Below, one piece after another: positions 41,084-52,584 of a stretch of 64,000 bases of DNA (the stretch's first letter is position 1; the number at the start of each line of letters is the position of its first letter). This DNA comes from Seinonella peptonophila (GTDB lineage Bacteria; Bacillota; Bacilli; Thermoactinomycetales; Thermoactinomycetaceae). A program made the position numbers and the translations under genes. The notes below the pieces were generated by a model, which was not told where the DNA came from, did no database searches, and saw only the letters and a list, made by a program, of their open reading frames with translations. The DNA is taken from positions 58,106 to 122,105 of the forward strand of contig NZ_FQVL01000007.1 of NCBI RefSeq assembly GCF_900129355.1. The letters are read 5' to 3'.

Positions 41084-41365
41084 TTCAGACTGACGAGAAA
41101 CACTAACGAGTGAGTGTAGAGATAATCGGCAAAGCTTTATTTCGGGCGCAACATAGTTCAATGACAACTGAAGCGGCATTTTCTTCTTGGGAAAACTGTT
41201 CGAGTCTCCTCAGGCACATGTCGAAGAAGTCGAGTTTTGCCCGATTGTGAAGGCTAACAGAAGCGAAGGCCCACATCCTGGAGGACCCGGTCGCGGAACA
41301 TCGCCGAGAACCGCGATCAAATGACTTTGTCTACAAGTTGGTGAGCCCCAAGGGCTCTTTTTTTA
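41084..41365 (+). repeat. intergenic repeat family A, copy A2, ending in a terminator hairpin (GAGCCCcaaGGGCTC + T7)
   Basis: homologous to 29010-29258 and 55075-55345; shares left end TTCAGACTGAcGAgAAAC with family B. Confidence 0.5.
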
Positions 41366-41431
41366 TGCCATTTTATGTTGGTTTTTATTGCCCATTTGCG
41401 GGAAAATGAAAGGAAAGAAGGAGGAAATATC

Positions 41432-42880
41432 ATGAAGTTATGGATTGTTGGTTTGGGTTCGGGTGATCCAGATGCTCTATCAGTGGGATGCTATCGTTTG
41501 TTGCAATCAGGTCTACCGACTTGGGTAAGGACGGAGCAACATCCTGTCGTTTTATGGTTAAAAGAACAGGGAATAGAATTAAAGTCATTTGATTTCATAT
41601 ATGAACGACATTCTTCTTTTTCTGAAGTCTATAAGGAGATTGTTCAATTCCTCATTCAACAGGTGAAGGAGCAAAAAGAGATCCTCTATGCTGTGCCTGG
41701 TCATCCGCTGGTTGCCGAGCAGACAGTAAAAGAGTTACTACAACAAGCAGAGGAAGCTGGGATAGAGGTAGAGATCAAAGGAAGCGAGAGCTTTCTCGAT
41801 ACAGCATTTACACGTTTACATATCGACCCAATTGAAGGCTTTTCTATTTTGAATGGTGACAATTTACAAGTGAATCAATTGCAACCCAATCTCCATCAGT
41901 TAATTGGACAAGTATATGATCAACAGACAGCATCTGAAGTAAAGCTAACACTGATGGAAGTTTATCCAGATGACACGCCGATAACAATTGTTGATGCGCT
42001 TGGAGTAGAGGGGCAGGAGTTAATCCAGGTCGTTTCTTTAGCTGAGCTTGATCATTGGGATCGATTCCACAATCTTACCTCTCTATATCTACCTCCACAT
42101 ACAGAAGCATGGAGTTTGACGCGCCGTTTTGAAACACTGGTTCAATTGTTTGCTCATTTACGCAGTCCAGATGGATGCCCTTGGGATCGTAAACAAACAC
42201 ATCAATCATTAAGACCTTATCTATTAGAAGAGGCATATGAGTTCTTATCCGCAGTTGAACAAGAAGACTTAACTTCGATGGAAGAAGAGTTAGGCGATGT
42301 TTTACTACAAGTTTTATTTCATGCGCAGATCGCTTCTGAGTCAGATGAGTTCACCATTTATGATGTGATTCAGACATTGAGTGAAAAGTTGATCCGTCGG
42401 CATCCACATGTATTTTCCTCAGAGTGTGCTGAAACGGCAGATGATGTGTTGATAACCTGGGAAAAGGTAAAACAAAGCGAAAAAGGGTCTATTCCAAAAT
42501 CAATCTTAGCAGATATCCCAACAGGTATGCCATCATTAATGGTTGCATATCAAATACAAAAGAAAGTGAGTAAGGTTGGGTTTGATTGGGAAAATGTAAA
42601 CGATGTGCAAGAGAAGGTAATGGAAGAGTGGCAGGAGTTGCTCACTGCAACTACAAAGGAAAGTCAAGAAGAAGAGTGGGGCGATTTGCTCTTTACATTA
42701 GTAAATCTGGCTCGTTTTCTTCACATTGATCCAGAGGTAGCATTGCATCGGGTGAATGATAAGTTTCGGGAGCGGTTTGCTTTTGTGGAACGAAGCGCTG
42801 AGCAACGTGGTCTTGATCTAACAGAAGCAACATTGGCACAGCTTGATCAATGGTGGGATCAGGCAAAACAGAGAGAATGA
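41432..42880 (+). CDS. yabN: tetrapyrrole-methylase/MazG-family nucleotide pyrophosphohydrolase (YabN)
   Basis: AAGGAGG RBS; two-domain organisation and conserved position before yabO-yabP-yabQ-divIC. Confidence 0.8.
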   Translation: MKLWIVGLGSGDPDALSVGCYRLLQSGLPTWVRTEQHPVVLWLKEQGIELKSFDFIYERHSSFSEVYKEIVQFLIQQVKEQKEILYAVPGHPLVAEQTVKELLQQAEEAGIEVEIKGSESFLDTAFTRLHIDPIEGFSILNGDNLQVNQLQPNLHQLIGQVYDQQTASEVKLTLMEVYPDDTPITIVDALGVEGQELIQVVSLAELDHWDRFHNLTSLYLPPHTEAWSLTRRFETLVQLFAHLRSPDGCPWDRKQTHQSLRPYLLEEAYEFLSAVEQEDLTSMEEELGDVLLQVLFHAQIASESDEFTIYDVIQTLSEKLIRRHPHVFSSECAETADDVLITWEKVKQSEKGSIPKSILADIPTGMPSLMVAYQIQKKVSKVGFDWENVNDVQEKVMEEWQELLTATTKESQEEEWGDLLFTLVNLARFLHIDPEVALHRVNDKFRERFAFVERSAEQRGLDLTEATLAQLDQWWDQAKQRE

Positions 42881-42950
42881 TTTACCATATTTTAGGAGGA
42901 TTACTGCGATAAATAACGAACATTATTACCAGAATGTGATGTGATCAAAT

Positions 42951-43214
42951 ATGAGAATTGATAAGTTTTTAAAAGTATCTCGTCTGATTAAACGTAGGAC
43001 AGTGGCAAAGGAGTTTTGTGATCAAGGTCGAGTCTCAGTAAATGATCGGATTGTCGGGGCGGGCCATCAGCTTTCTGTTGGAGATCAGGTTGCAATTCGC
43101 TTTGGTCAAAAGGTACTAACTATTGAGGTTCAGCAGCTTTTAGAGAAGATTCGTAAAGAAGAAGCTGAACAGATGTATCGACTTGTAAAAGAAGAGGCAC
43201 TCTCTTCGTCATAA
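42951..43214 (+). CDS. yabO: S4-domain RNA-binding protein YabO
   Basis: MRIDKFLKVSRLIKRRTVAKE... near-identical in pattern to B. subtilis YabO. Confidence 0.85.
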   Translation: MRIDKFLKVSRLIKRRTVAKEFCDQGRVSVNDRIVGAGHQLSVGDQVAIRFGQKVLTIEVQQLLEKIRKEEAEQMYRLVKEEALSSS

Positions 43215-43272
43215 AGCAGACAGTCTGTCCATATCATGTACTAGGGAGTCTCATTTGACGGAGGTACATGAT

Positions 43273-43560
43273 ATGGTAGATGAAAACTATGGTAAACAAC
43301 ATGAATTGACAATGACCAACCGCAACACACTTGTTGTGACAGGAATTACTCGCGTTGAGAGTTTTGATAGTGAAGAGTTTTTATTACAAACCGAATATGG
43401 GTATATGGGTGTACGTGGGCAAGACTTACATCTACAATCACTTGATCTTGATCAGGGTCATGTTGCAATTGAGGGACAGATTATCCATATCAGCTACCTT
43501 GATGTAAATATGGATCGTACAGGTACTGGTAAAGGGCTTTTAGGTCGGTTATTTCGGTGA
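43273..43560 (+). CDS. yabP: sporulation protein YabP
   Basis: VTGITRVESFDSEEFLLQTEYGYMGVRGQDLHLQSLDLDQGHVAIEG matches YabP; GGAGGT RBS. Confidence 0.8.
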   Translation: MVDENYGKQHELTMTNRNTLVVTGITRVESFDSEEFLLQTEYGYMGVRGQDLHLQSLDLDQGHVAIEGQIIHISYLDVNMDRTGTGKGLLGRLFR

Positions 43561-44054
43561 GTCTAGATACACAGATCATGACGATCTCAGTCATGTTAAG
43601 TTCAGGTTTGTTGTTGGGGCTTGTGCTTGATTTGTATCAACTAGTAAAAGAACGACTCTGTCTCACAGATTGGGTGACTTCCTTAGTCGACTTGTTCTAC
43701 TGGCTTGGCTCAGCATTTTTGATTTTTGCTTTACTTTTTTGGAGTAATTGGGGAGAGTTACGGTTTTATATTTTTATTGCAATCATCGTTGGTTTTCTCC
43801 TATATTATCGATATTTTCGATTATGGTTAAATCGACCGCTTTGTTTGTTGATTCGTTTGATCGAAATTCTGATCACAGGATTTATGCAGTTGTGTTATTA
43901 TCTCTTCTGGGTTCCACTCATCTTTTTGGTTCAGATGCTAAAACGCATCTTTGGTGTAGCTTCTATGCCGTTGCGATGGATGTTTCGGCCAATTATGACT
44001 CGCTTCCAAACATGGCTGAACAAGTTACGATCCAATCCAAATAAAGAGAAGTGA
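43557..44054 (+). CDS. yabQ: spore cortex biosynthesis membrane protein YabQ
   Basis: multi-TM, overlaps the yabP stop, conserved order. Confidence 0.75.
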   Translation: MSLDTQIMTISVMLSSGLLLGLVLDLYQLVKERLCLTDWVTSLVDLFYWLGSAFLIFALLFWSNWGELRFYIFIAIIVGFLLYYRYFRLWLNRPLCLLIRLIEILITGFMQLCYYLFWVPLIFLVQMLKRIFGVASMPLRWMFRPIMTRFQTWLNKLRSNPNKEK

Positions 44055-44434
44055 TAGAAATGAATCGTTCCGCTGATAAAATATTAACATTTCGAGGACA
44101 AATGAAGGATCGATCCGTGGAAGCAAAAGGGCAAGTCAGGAAATCTGATCGATTACACCCACTTGTCAAGCGTCGACGAATTTTTTGGTTATCCATCATG
44201 TCCCTCTTTGTCATTTGGTTTTTGTTTGAGCTAACCGTACAGCAAATCCGAATATGGGATCAAGAAGAAAAGTTATTAGCAAAGCAAGGAGAGTTGCGCG
44301 TGGTGCAAGCAGAGACAAAACAGTTGAAAGATCAAGTGCGGGATCTCCACTCCCCTCAGTATCTACTGGAATTAGCCCATCGTTTGGGTTATAGCAAACA
44401 AGGAGAGCAAAATTACAAAGTACCAAAAGATTAA
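44051..44434 (+). CDS. divIC: cell-division protein DivIC (FtsB-like); alternative start 44060
   Basis: single TM plus coiled coil plus C-terminal PQYLLELAHRLGYSKQGE motif. Confidence 0.8.
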   Translation: MIEMNRSADKILTFRGQMKDRSVEAKGQVRKSDRLHPLVKRRRIFWLSIMSLFVIWFLFELTVQQIRIWDQEEKLLAKQGELRVVQAETKQLKDQVRDLHSPQYLLELAHRLGYSKQGEQNYKVPKD

Positions 44435-44548
44435 ACCAACTCTACTTTTTTGTGAGAGTTGGTTTTTTGTTTCATATAATGATATTTTTCCTTGACTTTC
44501 ATAAATGATGGTAATATAATATTTCTTGTTCGCAAAGTTTTACATTGT

Positions 44549-44624
44549 CGCGGGGTGGGGCAATTGGTAGCCCGTCGGGCTCATAACCCGAAGGTCGCAG
44601 GTTCAAATCCTGTCCCCGCAACCA
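44549..44624 (+). tRNA. initiator tRNA-fMet (CAT) with a C1-A72 mismatch
   Basis: CGCGGGG...CTCATAACCCGAAGGTCGCAGGTTCAAATCCTGTCCCCGCAACCA; closely matches bacterial tRNAfMet with three G-C pairs in the anticodon stem. Confidence 0.85.
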
Positions 44625-44628
44625 ATAT

Positions 44629-44705
44629 GGCGGTGTAGCTCAGTAGGCTAGAGCGTACGGTTCATACCCGTAAGGTCAGGGGTTCGAGGCCCTTCACCGC
44701 TACCA
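44629..44705 (+). tRNA. elongator tRNA-Met (CAT)
   Basis: GGCGGTGTAGCTCAG...ACGGTTCATACCCGT...GGTTCGAGGCCC...CGCTACCA. Confidence 0.8.
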
Positions 44706-44709
44706 AACA

Positions 44710-44758
44710 GGCGAAGGCGAGGAAGGCTCTGTGATCTGAGCTCGCCTTCGCTTTTTTG
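44710..44758 (+). terminator. rho-independent terminator after the tRNA pair
   Basis: GCGAAGGCGAG...CTCGCCTTCGC + T6. Confidence 0.7.
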
Positions 44759-45005
44759 TTTGCCAAATGATGCGTTTTCACTTTATTATGCAGAACTTAT
44801 CATAAACTACATAAAAAATCAGATTTGACTGAATCAGTTCAATCTTGATTCGAACATGACTACAAACCAAACTTGATTGAGCCATATACTGGGGATAGCC
44901 CTTTTGATCAATATTTAGTTGTTTTCTTATCATTTTCATAAAAGCATGATCCGAAGCAATGTAGCTTATAATAGAAATGTTTTATTGGGGTATAGGAGTG
45001 GTCAT

Positions 45006-45500
45006 GTGAATGTTTCAATCAAAAAAGTGAAATTTACAACGATCAATAAAACGTATACTGAACAGGTCCGGGATTGGCGTGGTCGTAACTGTTTTTCCAC
45101 TCAATATCCCAATCCAGATGGGAAGCGGATTTTCTTAACCTACTATTTTGTACGTAAAGGTTATACCATATCGAAAGTATTTCGACGTTCAGGGGAATTT
45201 CTTTATTATTATTGTGATGTGATGGAAATGAAACAAGTGGGTCGATTGCGCTATGTAATGGTTGATTTATTATTCGACCTCATTGTCCGTCCTGATCACA
45301 GCTATCAATTAATCGATATTGATGAGTTTGCAGACGCATTGGAAAAAGGTGTTTTAAAGAGAAGACAACAAATTCATGCTTTAAGAACACTTGATCATAT
45401 GATTCAACTTCAATCCCAAAGAAAATTAATACCCGCATTTATCCATGATGCGAATATGTATATGATTCATGGAGAAACACAGTCATCTCACAAAAAGTGA
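45006..45500 (+). CDS. hypothetical protein (about 165 aa), GTG start with AGGAG RBS
   Basis: ORF at the position where B. subtilis has yabR, but no S1 domain is evident. Confidence 0.45.
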   Translation: MNVSIKKVKFTTINKTYTEQVRDWRGRNCFSTQYPNPDGKRIFLTYYFVRKGYTISKVFRRSGEFLYYYCDVMEMKQVGRLRYVMVDLLFDLIVRPDHSYQLIDIDEFADALEKGVLKRRQQIHALRTLDHMIQLQSQRKLIPAFIHDANMYMIHGETQSSHKK

Positions 45501-45903
45501 TGACTGTTTTTTTATGCGTATGAATAGAATGCCAGATGTTGGAATTTCATACAAACGTTTGTCGTTATCTCAGTTTTTACAGACTGATCCGACAGAGTCA
45601 GACGGAAAGTATGTGATTTCTCTAGTGAAAAAGGAGGGTCTATATGTTCGTTTTATAGGTATCTAAAGTGATGACCATACTTTTGATCTGTCGAATCTTT
45701 TTTTTCATACATAAGTAATTATGACAAACTTTTCCTGGCACACTCGTTATAATGATGTTCACACCTACGGAGTCGATCTTCTTGAAGAGGGCCAGAATGC
45801 GGATTAAGCATAAATTGATATAAAATCTTCTCTTTGTTCGAAGCCGAATCAAAAGAGTTCGAATCGACCCGTTTGGTTTTAGATAATAAAAGAGAGGGTG
45901 GCA

Positions 45904-48354
45904 ATGTTGGAAGCGATTCAACCAAAAAAGAAACGGGGGCGAGGAGAATGGTGGCTAAGGCTACAGCATGTATGTAGTAACAAAATGAATCGCCTGATCC
46001 AAGTATATAATCTTCCAGTACTACTTATGGGGTTTTTACTCGGACGAGCAACCATTTTAGAGAGCGTCTCTCCTTTTGCGATTGCATATTTAGCAGTTGT
46101 CATGTATTTGGCAAAGAAACAATGGCCATCAGTGATGTTGTTTTTGGTCATGGGTAGTGCAACAGTCGATTGGATGCATGTAGCGAAGATATCCGTTTTT
46201 CTCATTCTCTTTGTCTTATTTCATCGAATCTTTCTTTGGTTTCATAAGGACCAGATTCATTTAGCTCCATTATTAGTCGCAATCAGCAGCATCATAGGGC
46301 AATGTGGATGGAGTTGGTATGAGGGTTGGACTGTTTATCAACTTATGTTAGCAGGTGTTGATTTATTACTAAGTGTGATTTTAACATTTATTTTTGTTCA
46401 CTCTCTACCGATTTTTACCATGCGAAAGAAACGGGTTTTTCTTCGTCCTGATGAAATTATTTGTTTGATTATCCTATTAGGTTCTGTTATCACAGGGATG
46501 CTGGAATGGCAAATCGAACAGTTATCCATTGTCAATATCATATCAAGATATCTAATTTGTCTATTTGCATTTGTAGGTGGAGGGATGTTAGGAGCATCAA
46601 TTGGCGTTGTCATTGGAATGACAATTTGTTTATCCGATCCAAAATCGATGATTCAAATGGGTTTGTTAACCTTTGCTGGACTTATGGCAGGCTTATTTCA
46701 AGAAGGAAAACGTTTTGGTTCCATGATTGGTTTTTTGCTGGGTTCCACTATTTTATCCCTCTTTCAAATGGGGACAGATCAGTTGTTGTTGTCCCTATGT
46801 GAGACAAGCATTGCGTTAGGTTTATTCCTACTCACTCCGAGTTCCTGGGTTCACGCATTTGCTCGCTATGTACCTGGAACCCCAGAGAACCAAACGTTGC
46901 ATCAGGATTATGTGCGGCGATTACGTGATGTAACTGCGGCAAAAGTAGATCATTTTGCCGAATTATTCAGTGAGTTAGCAGTTAGCTTTCGTGAAGATTC
47001 GGGGAAAAAAAAGAGAGAGGACGAGGAGCAACTACATCACTTTGTTCAAGGTGTGATGGAAGAAAGTTGCTTTGGTTGTAAACGATATCGGCACTGTTGG
47101 GACCAAAATCTGATGCGCACGTATCAGGAAATCACAGGATTAATGGCATGGGTAGAAGCGGATGCAGAAGGAGTGCCAAGTCACTGGTCACGCTACTGTA
47201 TTCATTCAGAAAAAGTATTACAAGAAGTTCGCATCCAATATCAAAGGGAACGGGAACAGCATTTATGGAAAGAACAGTTAAAAGAGACAAAAAGGATGGT
47301 TGGGACGCAGTTGATGGGTATGTCTGAGGTGATGGAACGGTTATCCACTGAGATTCGGCATGAGACAAAGGTATTGACGGCACAGGAGGAGCAGATCCAT
47401 GAATCATTAGAAGAACTTGGACTTTCCATTCAACGTGTTGATGTGATCAACTTAGAGGAGGGAAGAGTTGAAATTGAGGTAACTATGCCTCATCGGGATG
47501 CTTTTGATGAGTGTAGAAAATTGATAGCTCCTTTATTAACTGAGATTTTAGGAGAGCCGATTGCTGTTTATCGGAAAGTCATCAAAGGACATTCGAGCGG
47601 ATCATTAATTACGCTAGGTTCGGAACAGCGTTACACATTAAAGACAGGAGTTGCCCATGCAGCGAAAGGTGGACGCTATATTTCTGGTGATAGTTATTGC
47701 TATATGAATCTAGGAACGGGGAAATATGCAGTTGCTCTAAGTGACGGTATGGGAAATGGCCAGCGTGCGCAGGAAGAAAGTAGTGCAGCGCTCAAACTGT
47801 TGAAGAGGCTCCTGCAAGCGGGGATGAAAGAAGAGACTGCCGTTGAAACGGTCAATTCCATATTAAGTTTGCGCTCAGCTGATGAAATTTTTGCAACTAT
47901 TGACTTGGCTTTAGTAGATTTGCATACAGCGGCTGGTCGCTTTATGAAGATTGGTTCGACACCAGGGTTTATTAAACGGGGCAAAGAAGTATTTATGGTT
48001 TCCAGCGAGAGCCCGCCGATCGGGATCTTGAGCCATATTCAGGTAGAGCCGGTAGAGATGCGTTTGCGTTCAGGTGATTTATTAATTATGATGACAGATG
48101 GCGTTTATGATGCCCCGAGGCATGTTCTGAATAAAGATGCCTTTATGACACGAATGATTTCTGAAATTGAGACTCGTGATCCTCAAGACTTTGCTGATTG
48201 CTTGCTCGAAGCCGTGGTTCGATATCATCAGGGTGCGATTCATGATGATATGACAGTAATTGTCTCAAAACTGGAACGGTATACGCCAGAATGGTCAACC
48301 ATTCGATTACCTGGTATGGCTAGATTGGAAAGAACACAAGTAGCACTTTCTTAA
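45904..48354 (+). CDS. spoIIE: stage II sporulation protein E (PP2C phosphatase)
   Basis: 10-TM N-terminal domain plus C-terminal PP2C (GDSYCYMNLGTGKYAVALSDGMGNG). Confidence 0.9.
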   Translation: MLEAIQPKKKRGRGEWWLRLQHVCSNKMNRLIQVYNLPVLLMGFLLGRATILESVSPFAIAYLAVVMYLAKKQWPSVMLFLVMGSATVDWMHVAKISVFLILFVLFHRIFLWFHKDQIHLAPLLVAISSIIGQCGWSWYEGWTVYQLMLAGVDLLLSVILTFIFVHSLPIFTMRKKRVFLRPDEIICLIILLGSVITGMLEWQIEQLSIVNIISRYLICLFAFVGGGMLGASIGVVIGMTICLSDPKSMIQMGLLTFAGLMAGLFQEGKRFGSMIGFLLGSTILSLFQMGTDQLLLSLCETSIALGLFLLTPSSWVHAFARYVPGTPENQTLHQDYVRRLRDVTAAKVDHFAELFSELAVSFREDSGKKKREDEEQLHHFVQGVMEESCFGCKRYRHCWDQNLMRTYQEITGLMAWVEADAEGVPSHWSRYCIHSEKVLQEVRIQYQREREQHLWKEQLKETKRMVGTQLMGMSEVMERLSTEIRHETKVLTAQEEQIHESLEELGLSIQRVDVINLEEGRVEIEVTMPHRDAFDECRKLIAPLLTEILGEPIAVYRKVIKGHSSGSLITLGSEQRYTLKTGVAHAAKGGRYISGDSYCYMNLGTGKYAVALSDGMGNGQRAQEESSAALKLLKRLLQAGMKEETAVETVNSILSLRSADEIFATIDLALVDLHTAAGRFMKIGSTPGFIKRGKEVFMVSSESPPIGILSHIQVEPVEMRLRSGDLLIMMTDGVYDAPRHVLNKDAFMTRMISEIETRDPQDFADCLLEAVVRYHQGAIHDDMTVIVSKLERYTPEWSTIRLPGMARLERTQVALS

Positions 48355-48451
48355 TAAGTGCTTGTTCTATGAAGGGAAATGGTATAAAATATCATCATCT
48401 TAACTGTGTATTTGGGTTGATCGAGTCTACTCACTGAAGGGAAGAAAATGA

Positions 48452-49861
48452 TTGTTTCTCGATCGTTTACAGACAGCGATTCGTGAATATTCGCTTATAG
48501 ATGAGGGGGAGCGGGTTCTGGTCGGTGTATCCGGTGGACCCGACTCCATCGCATTGTTACACGGGCTCCACCAGTTGCGCGAAATTGGTCAGTGGAGCCT
48601 CTTTGTCATACATGTCAATCACTCTTTGCGGGGTGAGGAGAGCGATCAGGATGCCCGATATGTAACCCAATTTTGTCAGCAACGGCAGATTCCCTGTCAC
48701 ACAGTCAGAATTGATGTTTCAATGGAGGTGAAACAGAAAAAGGGGAATTTGCAGGCAGTAGCACGTGAACTTCGCTATGAACAGTTTCGAAAAGTAGCAA
48801 AGCAACTTAACATTACAAAACTAGCTCTTGCTCATCATGCGGATGACCAAGTAGAAACATTATTGATGCGTCTGCTTCGTGGAACAGGCATTCAAGGTCT
48901 AAGTGGAATTCATTGGACATATACATGGCAGGAACTTACAATTGTTCGCCCATTACTCGCCATACAAAGGCAACTAATTGAAGCGTATTGCGATGAGCAG
49001 AAGCTTTTTCCAAGATTTGATTCAAGCAATGAATCGTTGCACTATACTCGAAATCGGATTCGTAAAGAGCTTGTTCCGTTACTACTAACGTATAATCCAC
49101 GTGTAAAAGAAGCATTTATACAGTTAAGTCAGTTAGCTCAAACAGAAGAAGAAATGTGGCAATCCTTAGTGGCCGAAGCGATGAAAAAACATGTGAAGCA
49201 ACAGGGTGCATATACATATCGGATTCATGTAGAATCATTTCTTCACCTACCCGTTGCTTTACAAAGAAGAGTAGTTAAACTAATATTAAATTGTCTTGTG
49301 AAAAACGGAACAAGCGAAGTATCGCTGGAAATGGTAGAACAGGTGAGAAAAGTTCTTCATCACCATCTTCCATCGGTAAAAATCTCCCTCCCACATGGTT
49401 TAGTCGCTTACAGAGAGTATGAATCCTGTTTGATATCAATGCAAAGTGCTAAGCACCATCAGGATCATACGATGAAAAAAATTTTGATCCCTGGTGTTAC
49501 AAAGTTACCAGAATTTGATGGTGAATTAGAAGTGAAGCTGCTTGCTACACTGCCGTATAGGACCGAAGATAATACCCAAGCGGTCTTTGATGCAGATCAA
49601 ATGTGTGGATCGCTTTTTGTGCGTAGTCGTCGACCTGGAGACCGTATGTATTGTCAAGGGATGAAAGGGAGAAAACGTTTAAAAGATTTGCTGATGGAGG
49701 CTAAAATTCCCGCAGCCAACCGGGATCAGCAACCCATCGTCACCTTTGAAGATGAAGTCATTTGGGTGCCAGGTGTGCGTTGCTCCAAAATTGCAGCGCC
49801 TTCCTCCAAAACAAGGCGCTATCTCTATCTAACTTGGCGTAAGTATGGGAAGGGTAGGTGA
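48452..49861 (+). CDS. tilS: tRNA(Ile)-lysidine synthetase
   Basis: PP-loop VGVSGGPDSIAL; conserved position before hpt. Confidence 0.9.
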   Translation: MFLDRLQTAIREYSLIDEGERVLVGVSGGPDSIALLHGLHQLREIGQWSLFVIHVNHSLRGEESDQDARYVTQFCQQRQIPCHTVRIDVSMEVKQKKGNLQAVARELRYEQFRKVAKQLNITKLALAHHADDQVETLLMRLLRGTGIQGLSGIHWTYTWQELTIVRPLLAIQRQLIEAYCDEQKLFPRFDSSNESLHYTRNRIRKELVPLLLTYNPRVKEAFIQLSQLAQTEEEMWQSLVAEAMKKHVKQQGAYTYRIHVESFLHLPVALQRRVVKLILNCLVKNGTSEVSLEMVEQVRKVLHHHLPSVKISLPHGLVAYREYESCLISMQSAKHHQDHTMKKILIPGVTKLPEFDGELEVKLLATLPYRTEDNTQAVFDADQMCGSLFVRSRRPGDRMYCQGMKGRKRLKDLLMEAKIPAANRDQQPIVTFEDEVIWVPGVRCSKIAAPSSKTRRYLYLTWRKYGKGR

Positions 49862-49974
49862 CGAACTGTTACTTGAGATACATAGGAAGGTATATTTCGG
49901 TCACTTCTTGTGGATAGTGGTACTATACGCCCTAAATGAAAAACAGTTCTATGTACTTTGGTAGCAGGCATACC

Positions 49975-50517
49975 ATGAATCGAGATATTGAGAAAGTCTT
50001 ATTCACCAAGCAGCAAATTGAGGAGAGATTGGCAGAATTAGGGGCGCAACTTGCAGAGGAATACCATGGCAAAAAGCCATTATGTATTTGTATCTTAAAA
50101 GGAGCTGTTCCTTTCCTGTCCGCTCTGATCCAACAGATTGAAATACCATTAGAAATCGATTTTATGTCCGTTACCAGCTATGGAAGTTCCGCGAAATCTT
50201 CTGGGGTTGTACGCATTATGAAAGATTTGGATATATCGATTGAAGGGCGTCATGTACTCATTGTAGAAGATATCATTGATACTGGCTTAACACTGCGACA
50301 TTTAGTCGACCTGTTGGAACAGCGAAACCCTGCATCTGTCAAAACAGTAGCGCTACTGGATAAATCGATCTGTCGCACTGCTGATATAGAGGCGAATTAT
50401 GTAGGGTTTGAAGTACCGAATGAGTTTATTGTCGGCTTTGGATTGGATTATGATGAACAATATAGGAATTTACCTTATATTGGTGTCTTAAAAAAGGAAG
50501 TCTATCATATAGGGTAA
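49975..50517 (+). CDS. hpt: hypoxanthine-guanine phosphoribosyltransferase
   Basis: [18 protein letters not shown] motif; start chosen by homology (upstream alternative 49936). Confidence 0.85.
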   Translation: MNRDIEKVLFTKQQIEERLAELGAQLAEEYHGKKPLCICILKGAVPFLSALIQQIEIPLEIDFMSVTSYGSSAKSSGVVRIMKDLDISIEGRHVLIVEDIIDTGLTLRHLVDLLEQRNPASVKTVALLDKSICRTADIEANYVGFEVPNEFIVGFGLDYDEQYRNLPYIGVLKKEVYHIG

Positions 50518-50550
50518 AATATTTTTATGTGAACTGAGAGGAGGCCAAGG

Positions 50551-52518
50551 ATGAAACACTTCTTCCTCAGGAACGGGATACTATATATCATTCTCATCCT
50601 TGTAACCCTTGGGGTTGTAAATATGGTGGCGAACTCGGGAACAGAGACTTCGCAGCTTACTTATACTCAATATAGACAGCAGTTACAAGCTGGCAAGATT
50701 GCAGAAGTGACGGTTCGTGCTGAGGGAAATACTTATCATATTGAGGGTAAATACAAAGGAAAGCCTGAGAGATCATTTGTCACCCAAGGACCGATGTATG
50801 AAGGAAGTACTGTCGTTCAAGACTTGGATCATGCAAAAACAACGAAGGTAACTTTTGAGAAACAGAAGAGTGACTCCGTTTGGCTAACATTTTTTACATC
50901 GATCATACCTTTTGTGATCATTTTACTCTTGTTCTTCTTCCTGCTTAACCAAGCGCAGGGCGGCGGAAGCAGAGTGATGAACTTTGGTAAAAGCAAAGCG
51001 AAGCTCTATAATGAAGATAAGAAACGAGTCACCTTTGATGATGTAGCAGGTGCTGATGAAGAGAAGGCAGAGCTTGTAGAGGTAGTTGATTTCCTAAAAG
51101 ATAATCGACGATTTGCAGCGATTGGTGCGCGGATTCCAAAAGGTGTCTTGCTTGTGGGTCCTCCTGGTACAGGTAAAACTTTACTTGCACGCGCAGTCGC
51201 TGGAGAGGCAAAGGTACCTTTCTTCTCCATTAGTGGATCGGACTTTGTAGAAATGTTTGTCGGTGTAGGTGCTTCAAGGGTTCGTGATCTTTTTGAACAG
51301 GCGAAGAAGAATGCACCATGTATTATCTTTATTGATGAGATAGATGCTGTAGGTCGTCAGCGTGGCGCTGGACTCGGTGGTGGTCACGATGAACGTGAGC
51401 AAACATTGAACCAATTGCTCGTCGAAATGGATGGCTTTGATGCAAATGCTGGAATCATCATCATGGCTGCAACAAACCGCCCAGATATTCTCGACCCTGC
51501 ATTATTACGCCCCGGTCGTTTTGATCGTCAAATTTTGGTCAATCGTCCGGATGTGAAAGGACGCGAAGAAGTTCTTCGTGTTCATGCTCGAAATAAACCA
51601 ATCTCCAAGCGTGTGAAGTTGAGTGTTATCGCTCAACGTACCACTGGTTTCTCAGGCGCCGACTTGGAAAACTTGTTGAATGAAGCTGCTCTCTTGGCCG
51701 CTCGATTTAATAAGAAAGAGATCGGTATGGAAGAGATCGATGAAGCGATTGATCGCGTGATTGCTGGACCTCAAAAGAAAAGTCGGGTGATCTCTGAGAA
51801 AGAACGGCAGATTGTTGCCTATCATGAATCTGGTCATGTGTTAGCTGGATATTATTGTGAGAATGCGGATACAGTTCATAAAGTAACCATTGTTCCACGT
51901 GGGCAAGCTGGCGGTTATGCAATGATGTTGCCTAAAGAAGATCGTTACTTAGCTACCAAAAGTGAACTGCTTGATCGCGTAACAGGCTTACTCGGTGGTC
52001 GTGTTGCCGAAGATGTCGTCTTTGGTGAAGTAAGTACAGGGGCGAGTAATGATTTTGAGAAGGCGACAGCGATTGTCCGTGCCATGATCACAGAGTATGG
52101 AATGAGTAAACGATTGGCAACGATGCAATTTGGTCGTTCTCAAGGTCAAGTTTTCCTCGGTCGCGATCTAGGACATGAGCAGAACTATAGTGAAGAAGTT
52201 GCACGGCTGATTGATGAAGAGATGCAAGAGCTGATTCAAGAATGCTACGATCGTGCAAAAAGGTTGTTGACAGAGCATCGTGATAAGTTGGAATTAATGG
52301 CTCAAACACTGCTGAAGCGTGAAACATTAGATGAAAATCAAATTAAACAGCTTTTGGAGACAGGTGAGCTAAAAGACGACTTAGAAGATGAAGATGTAGT
52401 AGTAAATATTAAAGGTAAAGAAGATCGCAACGATGAAGTGAAAGAGACAACAGACGATACAGAGCCAGCCGATTCTGATCGTGAGTCAACCCATGAAGAG
52501 AAGAAAAATAACGATTAA
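50551..52518 (+). CDS. ftsH: ATP-dependent zinc metalloprotease FtsH
   Basis: GPPGTGKT Walker A, SRH, HESGHV HEXXH. Confidence 0.95.
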   Translation: MKHFFLRNGILYIILILVTLGVVNMVANSGTETSQLTYTQYRQQLQAGKIAEVTVRAEGNTYHIEGKYKGKPERSFVTQGPMYEGSTVVQDLDHAKTTKVTFEKQKSDSVWLTFFTSIIPFVIILLLFFFLLNQAQGGGSRVMNFGKSKAKLYNEDKKRVTFDDVAGADEEKAELVEVVDFLKDNRRFAAIGARIPKGVLLVGPPGTGKTLLARAVAGEAKVPFFSISGSDFVEMFVGVGASRVRDLFEQAKKNAPCIIFIDEIDAVGRQRGAGLGGGHDEREQTLNQLLVEMDGFDANAGIIIMAATNRPDILDPALLRPGRFDRQILVNRPDVKGREEVLRVHARNKPISKRVKLSVIAQRTTGFSGADLENLLNEAALLAARFNKKEIGMEEIDEAIDRVIAGPQKKSRVISEKERQIVAYHESGHVLAGYYCENADTVHKVTIVPRGQAGGYAMMLPKEDRYLATKSELLDRVTGLLGGRVAEDVVFGEVSTGASNDFEKATAIVRAMITEYGMSKRLATMQFGRSQGQVFLGRDLGHEQNYSEEVARLIDEEMQELIQECYDRAKRLLTEHRDKLELMAQTLLKRETLDENQIKQLLETGELKDDLEDEDVVVNIKGKEDRNDEVKETTDDTEPADSDRESTHEEKKNND

Positions 52519-52584
52519 TTGGGTTCACAATCTGGCACTCCAGGCCTGGGGTGCTATTTTTTATGTATAGGAAGGGTGGTATCT

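Noticed and set aside
41084-41365. Known riboswitch (T-box, SAM/S-box, glycine, ZTP) for repeat family A
   Set aside because: None of the family-defining consensus boxes could be found by eye.
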